Below are positions 38,879 through 54,110 of a stretch of 64,000 nucleotides of DNA, in pieces. The stretch spans positions 79,914,170 through 79,978,169 of the forward strand of contig NC_068990.1 of the NCBI RefSeq assembly GCF_001194135.2, written 5' to 3'. The notes beneath the pieces were generated by a model that made no database searches, was not told the origin of the DNA, and was given only the letters and a program-made list of their open reading frames with translations. This DNA comes from Octopus bimaculoides. Lineage: Eukaryota. Every line of letters begins with the position of its first letter. Position 1 is the stretch's first letter. The position numbers and the translations under genes are program-made.

Positions 38879-39491
38879 TATTCTAGTAATGTTGATGCTT
38901 AAGCCTGATTCCAGTAAATTCTAGTAATTAAATATTTAAAACTGTTTCTGCGATGCATCTTTTAAAAACTGTTATTTTATCATTAGACTTATTTTACAAG
39001 GCATAGTGGAGTCGTTTGGTGGTCCACGGAATATCTATCGATTTTAATTCTTTAATTTCTTCCATCTTTAGATTACTGTTATATTTACAACTCTAGAATT
39101 CTACTCTTAGATCTTTCTCATATTCCCGTGTGTTCATATGTTTGTTTTCGTACTTCTTAATCGGCTTTTGTTGATCAATATACTGTAAGTCCATTGGGGG
39201 TTATATTTTAAGTTTTGTTCGAATTAGTTCTGTTTTCACGATTTACTTTCTCAATATTTATAACTATATTTTGTTTCGTTGTCTGCACGGTTTTTGATCG
39301 CGTATTTGTCTGTTGTTTGCGTATTCACTTTGTTTCTTCCATGTTTTCTATTTTGTATTGAGCTTAATAATGTATCTTCTTAAACTCGCTAGTTTGTAAG
39401 GATCCTAATTAACAAATCTGTTGGTATCCTAATTTAATTTTAGTCCTAGACTATTTTCTCTCCAGATATTGCATAGGTATATTCTAGCAGA

Positions 39492-39830
39492 CATATGGCT
39501 CAGTGGTCAGAGCGTCGAGTGTTCACAATCATGAGGTAACAAGTTCGATTACCAAACCGGGATGTGTCTTGTGCCCTTCAACAAGACACTTATTTCCCGT
39601 TGCTCCATTTCACTTACGTGTAGAAATGAATTGCGACGTCACTGGTGTCAAGCTGTATCGGCTTTAGCCTTTTCCTTGGATAACACTGGTGGCATGGAGA
39701 GGGGAGGCTGGCATGCATAGGCGACTACTAGTCTTCCGTGAACAACCTTGCCTGGACTTGTACCTCGGAGGGGAACTTTCTAGGTGCAATCCTATGGTCA
39801 TTCATGACCGAAGGGTGTCTTTACCCGTTT
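39492..39830 (+). mobile_element. tRNA-derived SINE family C
   Basis: catatggctcagtggtcagagcgtcgag...caagacacttatttcccgttgctcc...ggtcattcatgaccgaaggg; colinear with the 31918 copy. Confidence 0.8.
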
Positions 39831-40237
39831 TAAACAGATTTTTAGGGGGAGAAAGGATACACAGTCGCGATAAAATAGATATGGAATTTCTGGCAAAATT
39901 TTGTTATGTCCAATTATGTGGTTTTTGTTTATTTGTAGAATTTGACTAGTCATGTTAATTATTTAAGTCGACATAATTTTACGGGATACGATCTTATTTC
40001 ATCCAGGTGATGCGAAATGTTGTACGCTCCATTTTTACCCTATTTGTGCATCGNNNNNNNNNNNNNNNNNNNNNNNNNNNNNNNNNNNNNNNNNNNNNNN
40101 NNNNNNNNNNNNNNNNNNNNNNNNNNNNNNNNNNNNNNNNNNNNNNNNNNNNNNNNNNNNNNNNNNNNNNNNNNNNNNNNNNNNNNNNNNNNNNNNNNNN
40201 NNNNNNNNNNNNNNNNNNNNNNNNNNNNNNNNNNNNN

Positions 40238-40306
<69 letters not shown>

Positions 40307-40868
40307 CATACACACACGTATGCACACGCATTCATATATACATGTTTTACTTAGGCCAAGTGACACCAATGATTTGGTGTTATAACTCAATTACACCCGC
40401 TTAAGGATAAAGCGTTGATCGAGGACTCAGCCTAATATGAAATTAAATAAATGAAATGGGGACAGGAATTACACACACTCCATTAGCTTTCAACTCTCTT
40501 TGATTATTATAATATAGCAGAAACAGCTATAAGCTAATGAATTTGATTACATAATTTCTGCTCTCTTCTATTTTCCACCATTTACTATACAACGTGGAAC
40601 CCAAACATTAGTGAAACAGCTGTAAACCGTGGAGTAAATGTGATATGAAAACTTCTTTTCTCACTTGTTAATTTTGCATTGAGACGGAGAATATAATTCT
40701 GGATTTTCATTTTGTGTGGAACTAATGAGTCTACTCAAGAACTTTTACTTCCCATTGTTCGCAGGGGTGTTGTCTCAGGTAATTTCCTGGATTTCCAGAT
40801 CCCCTTCCACTGATTCTCTTTCTTTCTGTCTTTCTTTCTTTCTATCTTACTCTCTCTCTCTCTCTCTC

Positions 40869-40948
<80 letters not shown>

Positions 40949-41032
40949 TTCTTTAACACGTTTCATCTCCCAGAAGCTGTGGCCGTGCCGGCATACCACC
41001 AGTGTAATAACCTTTTCAATGGCCAATTTCAT

Positions 41033-41765
41033 GTGATTGGCTTTTGGTGGAGGAGGGAGTTCAACACTGCTGCCCTCTTTTGAATTTCCTGCCCTGATAT
41101 TCGTTCACCGGAATCCTTGAGTATCAGGAAGTCAAGTTGTTTCTTGAATACTTCTACCCCTACTCCATAAAAACTCAGATATTTTGGCAAAGCTTTAAAT
41201 AGATTCGGGCCTTTGAAACCCAAGATATTGCAACACCTCACTCCAGATGGGTTGGCTGGGACCTTCCGAACAGTGCAGTGACGTCCATTTCGGGGTCTGG
41301 TATAGTTCTCGATTCAAAAGTCTGATGCCAGCTCCTCTAGGATCTTTCATACATATATCACTGCTTACCTCTCCAATCTTTGCTCCAGGGAGTAGAGTCG
41401 TGGCTCTTTCAGTCCCCAACTTCAGTAACTCAGTTGTTCCATTGACGCAATCTTCCTTCTTTAACATTGCTGAACTGCCTCAAGTTCCGTTTCTAATCTG
41501 ACACTGTAGGGTGACCACACTTAAGAGCAGTAGTCCAGACGGCTGATGACAAATGTCCTCCAGAAAACCAGCATATTTCCTTGGTCCCTTGTTCTGAAGA
41601 TCTCAGAATCCATCCGGCCATTTGCCTGCACATAATCACCATCTTGATATGTATGTTAAACGAGGCATCATTGCTCATATCAATCCCGAGATCAAGCACT
41701 GCATGTCATTCTGAGATTGCCGCACCTTTTCGTCCAAAGTATCGCTGTTGCAGTTTTTGAGCGCC
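41033..41765 (-). mobile_element. CR1-group LINE, 3' fragment (RT C-terminus), 5'-truncated
   Basis: Minus-strand pieces DLGIDMSNDASFNIHI, RQMAGWILR, SRLDYCS..WSPYS...LEAVQ, YSL..RLERYA.IY.WKIL, FKGPNLFKALPKYL, FKKQLD, over several frameshifts. Confidence 0.85.
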
Positions 41766-41768
41766 AAT

Positions 41769-41818
<50 letters not shown>

Positions 41819-42165
41819 CACGTTCATACATATATATGTACAAATTACGTATCTTGTATCTTAGAGAGAATTCAGTTGTTTACATTTTAACAATATACAT
41901 TTAAGTCGTGTATGTATATATGCGCGTGTGTGCGTGCATATGTGCGTGAGTGCGTGCGTGTGTATGTGTGTGTGCATGTGTGTGTGTGTATGTGAGTAGT
42001 CTCTACTACACTGTTTTTACTATATTCCAACTATTTTTTAAAACTTTGTTTGCACCCAACATTTATATATATATATATTTTCATATTTGTGTGTATGTAT
42101 GGCTGTATGTTTATACTCTATCTTACCATGTATATATATATATGTGTGTGCGTGTATTTATATGT

Positions 42166-42228
<63 letters not shown>

Positions 42229-42784
42229 TATGCTGCGTTTTCTTCACTTATATTGTTGTTTAAAGCTATATTGCATATTGTTATCGCATTCTAGTTTCAG
42301 AAATTTCCAGATATAATTTCTTTACCTTTTATTTCTTTCCTCCTTCATAACAGCTGGAGATCGTATTCAGAAAGTGACTAAGTTAGTATAAGCTTACGAA
42401 ATACCGACTGAAAAACATTTATCATTTTCCTTTCTCCAGCATAGCTTAATACATTTGTTATTTACTTTTCATGCTTCCATTTCATTTGTGTTCTTGTACA
42501 TTTCTTCCAAAATTCGAAGTGAATGTTTTCCTAACTGTGTATCGCAATCGATTAGTGAGTCACGAAATTATACTTGTTTGTAGCAGAATTATACTGGTAT
42601 GTCGCAAAATTGCACAGGTGAGTCGTGAGATTATATAGGAGTGTCGCAAAATCGTACAGGTGAGTCGTGAGGCATATGTATCTCAAACTTGAACGCATGT
42701 TACAATATTTGTCTGAATTTAGAAAATTCCTTTTTTTACATCATGGGGCCATACTCCACTAGGCTATGCACCTTCATAATAGCA

Positions 42785-42786
42785 AT

Positions 42787-42831
<45 letters not shown>

Positions 42832-42859
42832 AATAATAATAATAATAATAATATTAATG

Positions 42860-42921
<62 letters not shown>
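42785..42921. repeat. (AAC)n-(AAT)n compound microsatellite
   Basis: Direct inspection. Confidence 0.95.
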
Positions 42922-42922
<1 letters not shown>

Positions 42923-43128
42923 GTCAAAGATCATGAAGGAAAAAAATGCCTTCTAATTGATGTTTCAATACCAGCAGATGACAACGTTTCTCTAAAAGAA
43001 ATGGAAAAACTTTCAAAATACAAAGACCTGGAAAAAGAGATAACTCGAATGTGGAATCTAAAAACAGAAACAATTCCTATCATAGTAGGTGCCTTAGGTA
43101 TAATAAAAAAATATTCAGACAAATACAT
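42920..43128 (+). mobile_element. R2/R4-Dong-type LINE restriction-like endonuclease (RLE) C-terminus
   Basis: VKDHEGKKCLLIDVSIPADDNVSLKEMEKLSKYKDLEKEITRMWNLKTETIPIIVGALG is uninterrupted. It begins directly at the end of an (AAT)n array and runs into an N-gap. Confidence 0.85.
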
Positions 43129-43509
43129 NNNNNNNNNNNNNNNNNNNNNNNNNNNNNNNNNNNNNNNNNNNNNNNNNNNNNNNNNNNNNNNNNNNNNNNN
43201 NNNNNNNNNNNNNNNNNNNNNNNNNNNNNNNNNNNNNNNNNNNNNNNNNNNNNNNNNNNNNNNNNNNNNNNNNNNNNNNNNNNNNNNNNNNNNNNNNNNN
43301 NNNNNNNNNNNNNNNNNNNNNNNNNNNNNNNNNNNNNNNNNNNNNNNNNNNNNNNNNNNNNNNNNNNNNNNNNNNNNNNNNNNNNNNNNNNNNNNNNNNN
43401 NNNNNNNNNNNNNNNNNNNNNNNNNNNNNNNNNNNNNNNNNNNNNNNNNNNNNNNNNNNNNNNNNNNNNNNNNNNNNNNTAATAATAATAATTATTATTA
43501 TTATTATTT

Positions 43510-43640
43510 CTGCTATAGGCACAAGGGTCGAGGATAGTAGATTATATCGACTCCAGTGTCTGACTGGTACTTATTTTAACGACCCCGTAAGGATGAAAGG
43601 CAAATCTGACCTCGTCACGATTTGAGCTCCATAGAAACAG
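43510..43640 (-). mobile_element. SINE-like family B, 3' part
   Basis: tctgctataggcacaagg...atcgactccagtg...tggtacttattt...aggatgaaaggcaaa is the reverse complement of the family B body. Confidence 0.7.
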
Positions 43641-44004
43641 ACAACTAAATCACAGTTACAAAAAATAGGGTACCCTCCATCCCACATCTCACAACAAACA
43701 GAATAATATACGCCAAAACAAATCAAACAGGCATTTCATTGAGGAAAATTTCACTAAATCAATAGATACAATAAGTACACTTCATTGAATAAACAAACGA
43801 AGAAGAATCAGCGCAAACACTTTCCCAAGCGACAAGCGAATAAATAGTTATATTAAAGAATAAACATATTTTCTTCTATTAATTGTTCATTAAAATGTTC
43901 ATTGTTTTCTTTCTTGTATATCTTCTGTGATACAGTTTGTTTTTGTGCTGACTTTTTCGTCAGGTGTGTCCTTTTTCTTGTTCCAATATTTGAAGTGTAT
44001 CCAT

Positions 44005-44405
44005 CTAGGGGCACTACCTTAAGTAATTTCAAACGGTTAAATCGACTTCCATTTCTATTTAAAGTGTGCTGCCTGATCAGACATCGGGTTATTATGCTGA
44101 ACCGCTGGCGTAAAGAGGGAGGCGTAAACAAACCAAAATCTGTTCTCGAGCGGTGAGAGATAGACATGCGCGCTTACGGGTATATATACATACATAGATA
44201 CACACACAGAACGAGCTTCCGTACAATTTCGGATAACTAAATTTCGTACAATTTCTGATAACCAATTTCCGTACATTTTCTGATAACCAAGTTAGTTCAC
44301 AAAGCAGTGGTCTGCCCAGGGCTATCGTCGAAAACATTGTCACAGATTGTCGCATAGATCAACTGAGTCTGAAGCCACGCAGCTTTGAAGCGAAATTCTT
44401 AACCA
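44005..44405 (-). mobile_element. SINE family A, old diverged copy with internal ~22 bp x3 tandem repeat
   Basis: Reverse-complement blocks gctgaaccgct, gtaaacaaacca, cccagggctatcgtcgaaaacatt; tandem cgtacaatttc(g/t)gataac at ~44219-44290. Confidence 0.65.
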
Positions 44406-46708
44406 GAGTCCAAAATGAACGAAATTCCCAACATTCTGAAATAGAATGCCTGATTTTGTTTGTTATATATGAAACCATTGGTAACACTAGCAATAAACAA
44501 ATGCAGAATATTTATCCACCAAATCACCAAGTGTGGTGTTGAGTAGGCAATCTAACCTTTTCCGTGCTGTGGTATATCAGGACAAGAAAACACAGAGAAA
44601 AGACCTTTCATCAGTTGTCGACTGTCTATCTACTCCTCATTAGCTTTTACTTTAGGTACAACATTTAAACAATTATATTATGATTTTCCTTTCTTTTTTG
44701 TTGCATTTTAATAATCTGTCTTTAGGTAAAGAGTTAATGAAATTAGTAAATATTTTCATAATAAGAGCATCAATAACGTATTTCAATATGAAATTGTATA
44801 GTATTTAACAATGCAATTATTTTGGAGTTCAAAAGTAATTGTGTTTGTAGAATTTCCTATGGAAAATCGGTTGGGAAAATTGTTTGTGGAGCAAAGTATT
44901 TTATTGTGGCATTTATAGTTAATTACTTTTATACGTGATTATATATTTAAATTACCGAAGTTCTACTTTAGAGTAAAACCATTGAGTACTGATATCAGTG
45001 GAGATAATCTGCAAATGTGGAGAAAATATTTATATCTGAGCAGAGATATTTGTGATAGTATTAAAAATATTGCTATCAATGAGACTGACAGTCCCCTTGA
45101 GTAAAGTTGAAAGGAAAGTATCAGTGTGGTGTCGGTGTTATTTTCACTGATAATATTGGAAATATTTATATCAAAGCGAATTTATCAATAGAAATATCGA
45201 TATAAATAAATAAAAATAAAGCGATACGTTTTTAAATATTGTTGGTATCAACGTTGTGGTGATTTTTACTTTCAATAGAAATACTTATCATAGTAAAGCT
45301 ATAAACAGTGAAATTTTCAAAGGTAAAGTGTAAGAATATTTAGCGTTCCTACCCTTCAAAATGACATTAGTGTCATAATTGAAGTGGTATGTCTCCAACC
45401 AGAAGTCGAAACAATATCACTGAGTCGTTGCATCTGAAGATTAAATTGTTTCAATGGCAATGACATACTGACTGAAAGATATGCAATCAAATGATAATAT
45501 TTCGAAGATTATAGATGCTTAATTGGTGTGTGCTTGGCTGAGATGCCATCTAACGATTGTCTAAATAGAATTACTTATTGGCGACGAGACGTATTGGCTG
45601 CGATAAATTGCAAATCAAAAGTTAAGTTAGCGAAATACAATAAGAAATGACAGCGGGGACGCTATTCTAAAAATGTCGGTTGGGAAATTATAGCAATTTA
45701 TTTTTGAAGACAGCGTAAACGGTATGTTCATTATCGTTTCTGGCGTTTGGATATAGAATTAGTAAAAGGATATACACTGACATAAACTTTCGATGATTTT
45801 TAACTATTATCTTCCGAATAAGCTAAATTACAGTTTAAATATAAAGTAGAGTAGTAACATATAACAATTTTTCAAACGTATAGGTAAGTCTTATAACATC
45901 CTGCAATTCAGAAGTTCTACTATTCTATTTTGTTGAAGGTAAATACTGTCAGCTTATAAATAATTGACAAGAAACTAGCAGAGAAAAATTGTCGTTGTAT
46001 AGATCTAATATTTTAGTTTGGAACTTTATCATAATTGGCTGTCTATTATACTACGTAGACTACACAGTCTCTTAATAATGTAATACATCTCACGTTCAAT
46101 GAATAATATAGCACATAACATTGAATAGCTGCCTCTAGCGAATGTAAAGAAACAAAACACAGCAACAATCTGCAGTCTTCAGTTAAATGTGATTGAATCA
46201 TATTCAACAATTTGAAGCAATTTGTCAATCGGTTTTTAGCCATAAAACCTTTTGAAAGTAGTTTAGTTTTCTGATGTGTCAAGCATACATATATGCATTG
46301 CATTGTAAAATAGCTTCACCTGTTTTGTGAGAATGTCTCTTATTTCACTATAGCTATCTGCCAAATAAACGTCCATAACAATATACTGAGTTTAAGTTTC
46401 ACAATTTCGAATGTATATTGTTTACTTCATAATCTACAATTCAGGTCTGTCGACGGGGTTTGTTATGGTTATACATTCAGAAATTCAGTCAAGTGGTGTT
46501 TTACTTATCAGGTGAAACTTTCACATTCAATAACCATTTCTCTTCATTCAAAAGAAGAAACAAATTTATATTAAATATTTCATTGCAACAAATATAAATT
46601 GATTTCAGCAGAACAAATCTGAACATAACAGTTGAAAGTCTTATCTTTTGTCAGATTCCGGTTCTAATTTTCTTCAAAAGTAAATGCCACAAAGATGGCT
46701 TTACTTTC

Positions 46709-47187
<479 letters not shown>

Positions 47188-47287
47188 TATCAGGGAGCAT
47201 ATTTCTTTAATATAAGATCATTGATAGGTTGTCAGTATACTGTTGCTATTCGTTTTATTAAATGTAAAATTATGAAAGAGAAAGGCA

Positions 47288-47338
<51 letters not shown>

Positions 47339-47415
47339 NNNNNNNNNNNNNNNNNNNNNNNNNNNNNNNNNNNNNNNNNNNNNNNNNNNNNNNNNNNNNN
47401 NNNNNNNNNNNNNNN

Positions 47416-47478
<63 letters not shown>

Positions 47479-48010
47479 GCTGAACAAAATTTCAGTAACA
47501 GTTGGTCAGAGTTTCACGTAACCATTCGTCAGGCAGTTGTCAGTTGCGATAATACAGATTAATAAAGAAATTTTAAAAGCGTTTATGGATATCAATTCAA
47601 CGAATAAGCGTTTTAAACTGTTTGGACAACTACTTCTGAAATTGCGATGGGAAGTGGGATGCAGGTTAAGATTGACCGTAACGAAAAAAAATGTCTACAA
47701 GCAATATCCGCAAAATCTTTCAAGGATCTAGAGAAATGGATAAGATGTCCACATGGTAGTAAAAAGTGTTATGAAAAATGACACAACAGTAGATGAAATA
47801 ATATGGAAGGCGGTAAAAAGCTAGGCATTGTTACACACATGGTTCAGATGTTAATGAATATGGTAAATGGAAGTGGGAGAAAAAGAGGAATGATCCTGAG
47901 CGAAGAGTGGATTGGATGGAAGGAGGGAGAAACGGCGGGAAAGGGCGAATGTGAGAGTTTGTTGGGGAAAGAAGATAATAGCAATTAAATGATGCCAGCC
48001 CAAACACGGG

Positions 48011-48043
<33 letters not shown>

Positions 48044-48704
48044 TGTGTGTGAGAGAGAGAGTGTGCATGTATAACTGAATAGCTAGAGAGTGAAAGAACT
48101 AACGTATGAAGATGCCAGTGATGTGCATGTCTGTATGTATGTGTGTGCCTGTGCATATGTAAATTGTAGTTGAGTATGTGTGTGAAAAGGAGATAAGACG
48201 GTAGGTGAATAGAGGTGTGCAATGTGAGTGTGTATGCGTGTATAAGTGAAAAATGTGTGTGTGTAGGGGATGTGTGGCCGAAAGGAAATGTGCAGGAGTA
48301 CGGTTCTGTGGAAGCTGTACTACTGTGTGGGGCATGCATGTCTGTAAGTGCGTATGCTTGTGAGGTGTATGGTGTAGTTTATGGGGGAGGGCAGGATGGG
48401 TATGTGTAGTGGATGAAAGTGGGTCTGTGAGGGTTAGAGGAGAAAGAAGACATACAATAGATTATAGTTATAAATATTTGTTCTCATAACATTAGGGAAA
48501 ATTAAAATAAAACCTTGTACCTAGAGCTGAGTAAAACTGAATATCCTGTTCAGACCACTTTACATCTCATATGCTGTATTATTCGACACTACCAAAGCTT
48601 TCCTCATCAAGCACTCTCGTGTGAGAAATGTCTTCAGGCAGGAAACTTTAAGTAATGAGGTGTACGGTGGCCTGACTGAAAAGGTAAACTTAACAAATAG
48701 ATAG

Positions 48705-48778
<74 letters not shown>

Positions 48779-48802
48779 GTACTCTGTTTCTCTCTCTCTC
48801 TC

Positions 48803-48844
<42 letters not shown>

Positions 48845-49682
48845 CAGGTACATACAACTGCAGTTGAAAATCATATTAAGCACCTTTCAATTAAATTTTC
48901 ATTAATCAAGACAAAGACACCAGTTTCAGTTAAGGCTTTTCATATGACGACTTTTTTCATTTCTTCACAAAAGAAAAAAAGCGTCCGATCTCACCATCTA
49001 CAATCTTTTAATTGTTCAAGGGCATCTTGAAGATTTGCATACTCACAAAACATTTTATGTGTGTGTGTTGAGAAAAATAAACCAGTTGTTTGAAGCGATG
49101 GAAATCTAATTATAATGAATCTTGACAATATGGTAGTTGAAAGATATGATTTATTCTTCAGAAAATGAAGCCATTCATATTAAGTATTTTAAAATGAACA
49201 AAGAACTGCATATATCCTTTGGATACTCTCATGAATCAGTGAAACCGATGAGGCTAATGTTTACTTTAAACATTCTTAGATCCATGCCTATTTGGAAAAA
49301 ATAGGATTCCGGAGAGGATTCCAGGATTGGGTGAAGTGTCTATTGTGGTGTTTTAGGATGAGTTAGATGATTATTAATGGTGAAAAATGTTTATAGAGAC
49401 AATACACAGCGTAATAGTTCACAGGAGCAAGAATAGTTGCAAGAATAGTGGCGGAAGAGACGAGGAAAAATAATTCTGAGACCAGATTATTGTGAGACCA
49501 GAGATTATGGCACGTTGTTTCAGCAACAACAGCAGCACCAACAACTACATCTGTACATATATATGCCTTTATTAATGTATCGATAGGGATACACATAAAT
49601 CTACCTGTATTTTTATACACCCACATAACATACTTACATACATTATATGTGTGTGTGTGTAGGTGTGTGTGTGTGTGTGTGT

Positions 49683-50310
49683 GTATCAGGCTGAGTAAGA
49701 AGTAAGCAACGTTTTGAACCATGAAGTATTTGTACCGGACTTTTGCAGAGTCTTGAATTTAAAAAAAGTCTTTGCAATTGTCTGATAATACAGACATAGA
49801 CTTGATCGAATGCATCAATAAATTAACATTGATGTTTTTTTCCACCGTTGTTACAATCATCTGAAATGGAACTGTCAAAGCGCGATACTCGAGCAATTTT
49901 GCTATTCAACTTCAAAAAAGGACGTAAAGCAGCTGAAACTGCTCGCGATATCAACGAAACGTTTGGTAAGGAAGTGACCAGTGAGTGGTCAGCTCGAAAA
50001 TAGTTTAAACGATTTCGCAGTGGAGAGCTGAGCCTTGGAGATCGTGCGCGTAGTGGACACCCATCTGTTATCGATGACGGTCAATTAAATACCGTCATTA
50101 AGAAAGATCCACGTAAAACCATTCGAGAACTGACAAAAGGACTTTAAGTTAGCCAAAAAACTGCCTGCAACCATTTGCATGCGATCGGAAAATCAAAAAA
50201 GATCGACAAATGGGTACCATACGATTTGAATGAAAATCAGAAAATGCGCAGATATGAAATTTGCTTGTCGCTTCTTCTTCGTAACCAGACCGATCCATTT
50301 CTCGACCGTA
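49683..50310 (+). mobile_element. Mariner transposon 5' half (HTH region of transposase), 3'-truncated
   Basis: ATG at 49866: MELSKRDTRAILLFNFKKGRKAAETARDINETFG...FKRFRSG...RSGHPS...KWVPYDLNENQKMRRYEICLSLLLRNQTDPFLDRI, with two stops; WVP motif present. Breaks into a (TATG) repeat at ~50310 before the DDD domain. Confidence 0.9.
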
Positions 50311-50800
50311 TATGTATGTATGTAGATATATGTATGTACGCATACATATACACTGATAGACAGACATACAATATTCCTTTTAGTGTTATCTGTCGGAACA
50401 AAGAATGCTTAATATCATGGTTAGGGATTAATAAATTTTACAGCAACTATAAACAACAAAGTGATTAATATCAAATTGGGTGATATGCATGTATGCATAT
50501 GTGTGTGTATGTGTGTATTAACATATGTATGCATTATCAGAACAATAGAAAGATTTGTTTTTTAACAGTTGCTGGAAACACATATTTAATGTTCGGATTC
50601 GATAAAATAAATTGCCACCCATATACTGGATTGATATCGCCAATGTACGCTTCGTCTCAAAACTGATGACAGTACCTAAAATAGTAAGGTTTGTCACCGT
50701 TAGCTCTATTTTATGTATTGAATGCCTCCTCCTTTCGCTTGTTTTAACAAGTTTATATACTACATACATACACATAAATACACACCGCTTCCTTGTCGTC

Positions 50801-50837
<37 letters not shown>

Positions 50838-52086
50838 TATTTTCTGTTTATTTTCGTTTGACCGATTTTACTTTTAACCCAATAAACTTTTATACTTTTG
50901 TATTTATCTGAGTGTATTCTTTAATCATAGGCTGTAGTTATATCCATCTTAATTTGCGTTCATTCGACTTTAGTCGATTCACCATTCTTGCTATAGTTAC
51001 TCAGTGGTTTACAATAAAAATAATATGAAGCGATAATAAAAGGGAACTTCTGGCTCTAGACATTAAATTTCTAAAAAAATCCATCTTTTTAATCATTAGT
51101 TATCTTCCCTTACATGTTGAAATGCTACTTTTAATGACATCTTTGTGAGAGTAACCAGATGCACAATATAAGCAATGTTCCGTATTGTACCTCGCGTTGG
51201 TTTTTGAGTATGGTTATTGAAATTGTTCTATCATCGGAATTAAGCAGCTATTTTATAATTGTGGAGATGGCTGAATGTATCACAGACACATATTCACGTA
51301 ATCCTAATACAGAATGAGAGGGAAATATCCGACAAGGGTGACTTGTTCAATTAAAGTGTATCAAAATAGTTCTAAAGGAATCCAATTTCATTCACAGGGC
51401 TATTGAGGAAAAGACTGGCGCAACGTACGGAGTTGTGGGACGCAGAGAGGACTCTAAAGGAGTTCAAGATCCAGGTCGAGGTATTTTTGAATCGGTCTTC
51501 GGGTTATGTCTATCACGCAAGATGACTTTTACACAGTTTTCATTGAACACCTAAATTTCATTCAATGGATTTGTTCGACTTCAAGCTATGGTAGAGAAAG
51601 TTGCCCAGAATATCACGGTGTGGGATCAAACCCCACACTATGTAGTTTGGAAGCAATCCATTTAACCATACAGCTACATCCGAAGCCAGTTATTTTTCTG
51701 CCCCCTAGCAGAATTGTTGGAGCCCACGAAATATACAGTCAGATATTTTTTGTATTTCTTTAGGTTCTTGTTTCAAACCCCATCGAGTTCAATTTTCCCT
51801 TTCATTATTCAATAAAAAATATTATCAGTCAGGCGGTAAAGTCGATGATTTCGAGTAACTTTCACCACCAGAAATTTCTAGAATTGTGCCAAAATTAGCA
51901 TCTTTTAGAGATTATTTATGCTTTTAGGTTTTATTTATGTTTTTACGGATTCTACTAATAACTTTATTTTATATTTAGAATTGATCTGAAAATATATTAG
52001 AAATATTCGAATCACATTTTGGTGATTTGTGTGCGTTTAAGTGATGTATAGTCGGATATTTTAAGTACATGTACAACGGTGTGTAT

Positions 52087-52170
<84 letters not shown>

Positions 52171-52444
52171 NNNNNNNNNNNNNNNNNNNNNNNNNNNNNN
52201 NNNNNNNNNNNNNNNNNNNNNNNNNNNNNNNNNNNNNNNNNNNNNNNNNNNNNNNNNNNNNNNNNNNNNNNNNNNNNNNNNNNNNNNNNNNNNNNNNNNN
52301 NNNNNNNNNNNNNNNNNNNNNNNNNNNNNNNNNNNNNNNNNNNNNNNNNNNNNNNNNNNNNNNNNNNNNNNNNNNNNNNNNNNNNNNNNNNNNNNNNNNN
52401 NNNNNNNNNNNNNNNNNNNNNNNNNNNNNNNNNNNNNNNNNNNN

Positions 52445-52501
<57 letters not shown>

Positions 52502-52786
52502 CAGAGGGAGCGGCAGACGATTGAGGAAGAGACTTTCAGAAACATGTTTACATAGTTGAGATAGACTAGAGAGAAATTGGTTGAAACAGACAGAGGGACA
52601 CACAAAAAAATAGGAACCGGACGGGGTTGAGCGGTCAACAAATAACAAAATAAAACATAGATTAGTACGTATTGATAAACAGTGGAACAGTCTATCCCCA
52701 CTGAGAGAAAGAGAGAGTGAAAGAGAAAGAGTACGGGAAAGATGAAGAGAGAGAAAAGAGTGTAAGGCAAGAGAGAAAGGTAGGAA

Positions 52787-52863
<77 letters not shown>

Positions 52864-53289
52864 AGAGTGAGAGTGAGAGAGAGAATCAGACACAAAGAAA
52901 CATTAGTTACACAGAGGTAATGGGTCAGACCTTATTGATTTCTAATATTGGCCTAATGCCATAGATCTATTGAGTATGGAGAAAGAGAATGAGCTTTGTA
53001 TATCAATTTAATCGATTCTAATAATTTAACTCAAATCTTTTACAGTATGGGATCTTTAATCCAGGTGCAATGTTTAGAGCCTTTTGTGCTATACTGTAGC
53101 GTATTTCGGGCATTGGTATAGATTAAAATCTTGAGGTTCGACGCTAGTCTGTCTAGGATGATTCAGTGCCTGTAGAGTGTCGGATATAATGTCTTACATT
53201 TTATATTCTGACTCCCTGTGTTAAGGGATCAACTTATTTCGAGGTCAGCTTTAAGATTTAAAGTGGCAGGTATAACTATGAGATAAGAA

Positions 53290-53441
53290 GTTTGCTTTTC
53301 AACCACATGGTACCAAGTCCACTTCCACTACGTGGCAGGTTGAGCGAGTGTTTACTCGTTTACTATCTACTATAACCGACCAAGCCTTGTGTGTGAATTT
53401 GGTAGACGGAAACTCAAAAGAAGCCCGTCGCATATAAATCC

Positions 53442-53491
<50 letters not shown>

Positions 53492-53900
53492 NNNNNNNNN
53501 NNNNNNNNNNNNNNNNNNNNNNNNNNNNNNNNNNNNNNNNNNNNNNNNNNNNNNNNNNNNNNNNNNNNNNNNNNNNNNNNNNNNNNNNNNNNNNNNNNNN
53601 NNNNNNNNNNNNNNNNNNNNNNNNNNNNNNNNNNNNNNNNNNNNNNNNNNNNNNNNNNNNNNNNNNNNNNNNNNNNNNNNNNNNNNNNNNNNNNNNNNNN
53701 NNNNNNNNNNNNNNNNNNNNNNNNNNNNNNNNNNNNNNNNNNNNNNNNNNNNNNNNNNNNNNNNNNNNNNNNNNNNNNNNNNNNNNNNNNNNNNNNNNNN
53801 NNNNNNNNNNNNNNNNNNNNNNNNNNNNNNNNNNNNNNNNNNNNNNNNNNNNNNNNNNNNNNNNNNNNNNNNNNNNNNNNNNNNNNNNNNNNNNNNNNNN

Positions 53901-53938
<38 letters not shown>

Positions 53939-54110
53939 TACATGTATGTATAAGTGTATGTGTGCGTGTGTCTCTGTGTTTGTGAACTGCTTGACAACTG
54001 ATGCTTGCTTGTTTACATTCTCGTAATCTAGCGGTTTGGCAAGGTGTCCTATAGGGTAAGTCCAAGGCGTTGAAGTATAAGACGGTGATGGACGATCGAC
54101 TGCTGGAGAT
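53290..54110 (+). mobile_element. SINE family A, diverged, interrupted by an N-gap
   Basis: aaccacatgg...gaccaagccttgtgtgtgaatttggtagacggaaactcaaaagaagcccgtcg before the gap; gcttgacaactgatgct...tagcggtttggcaa after it. Confidence 0.75.

Noticed and set aside
44219-44290. Three ~22-bp repeats superficially like a CRISPR array
   Set aside because: Head-to-tail with no spacers, inside a SINE, eukaryotic context, no cas genes.
44950-45500. Possible protocadherin relic on the minus strand (IISENNTDT, VGDIPL)
   Set aside because: No DxNDNxP, DRE or AxDxG motifs; many stops; compatible with chance in AT-rich DNA.
45579-45588. Second Gypsy-type PBS (tggcgacgag)
   Set aside because: No LTR ending in CA before it and no recognisable gag after it.
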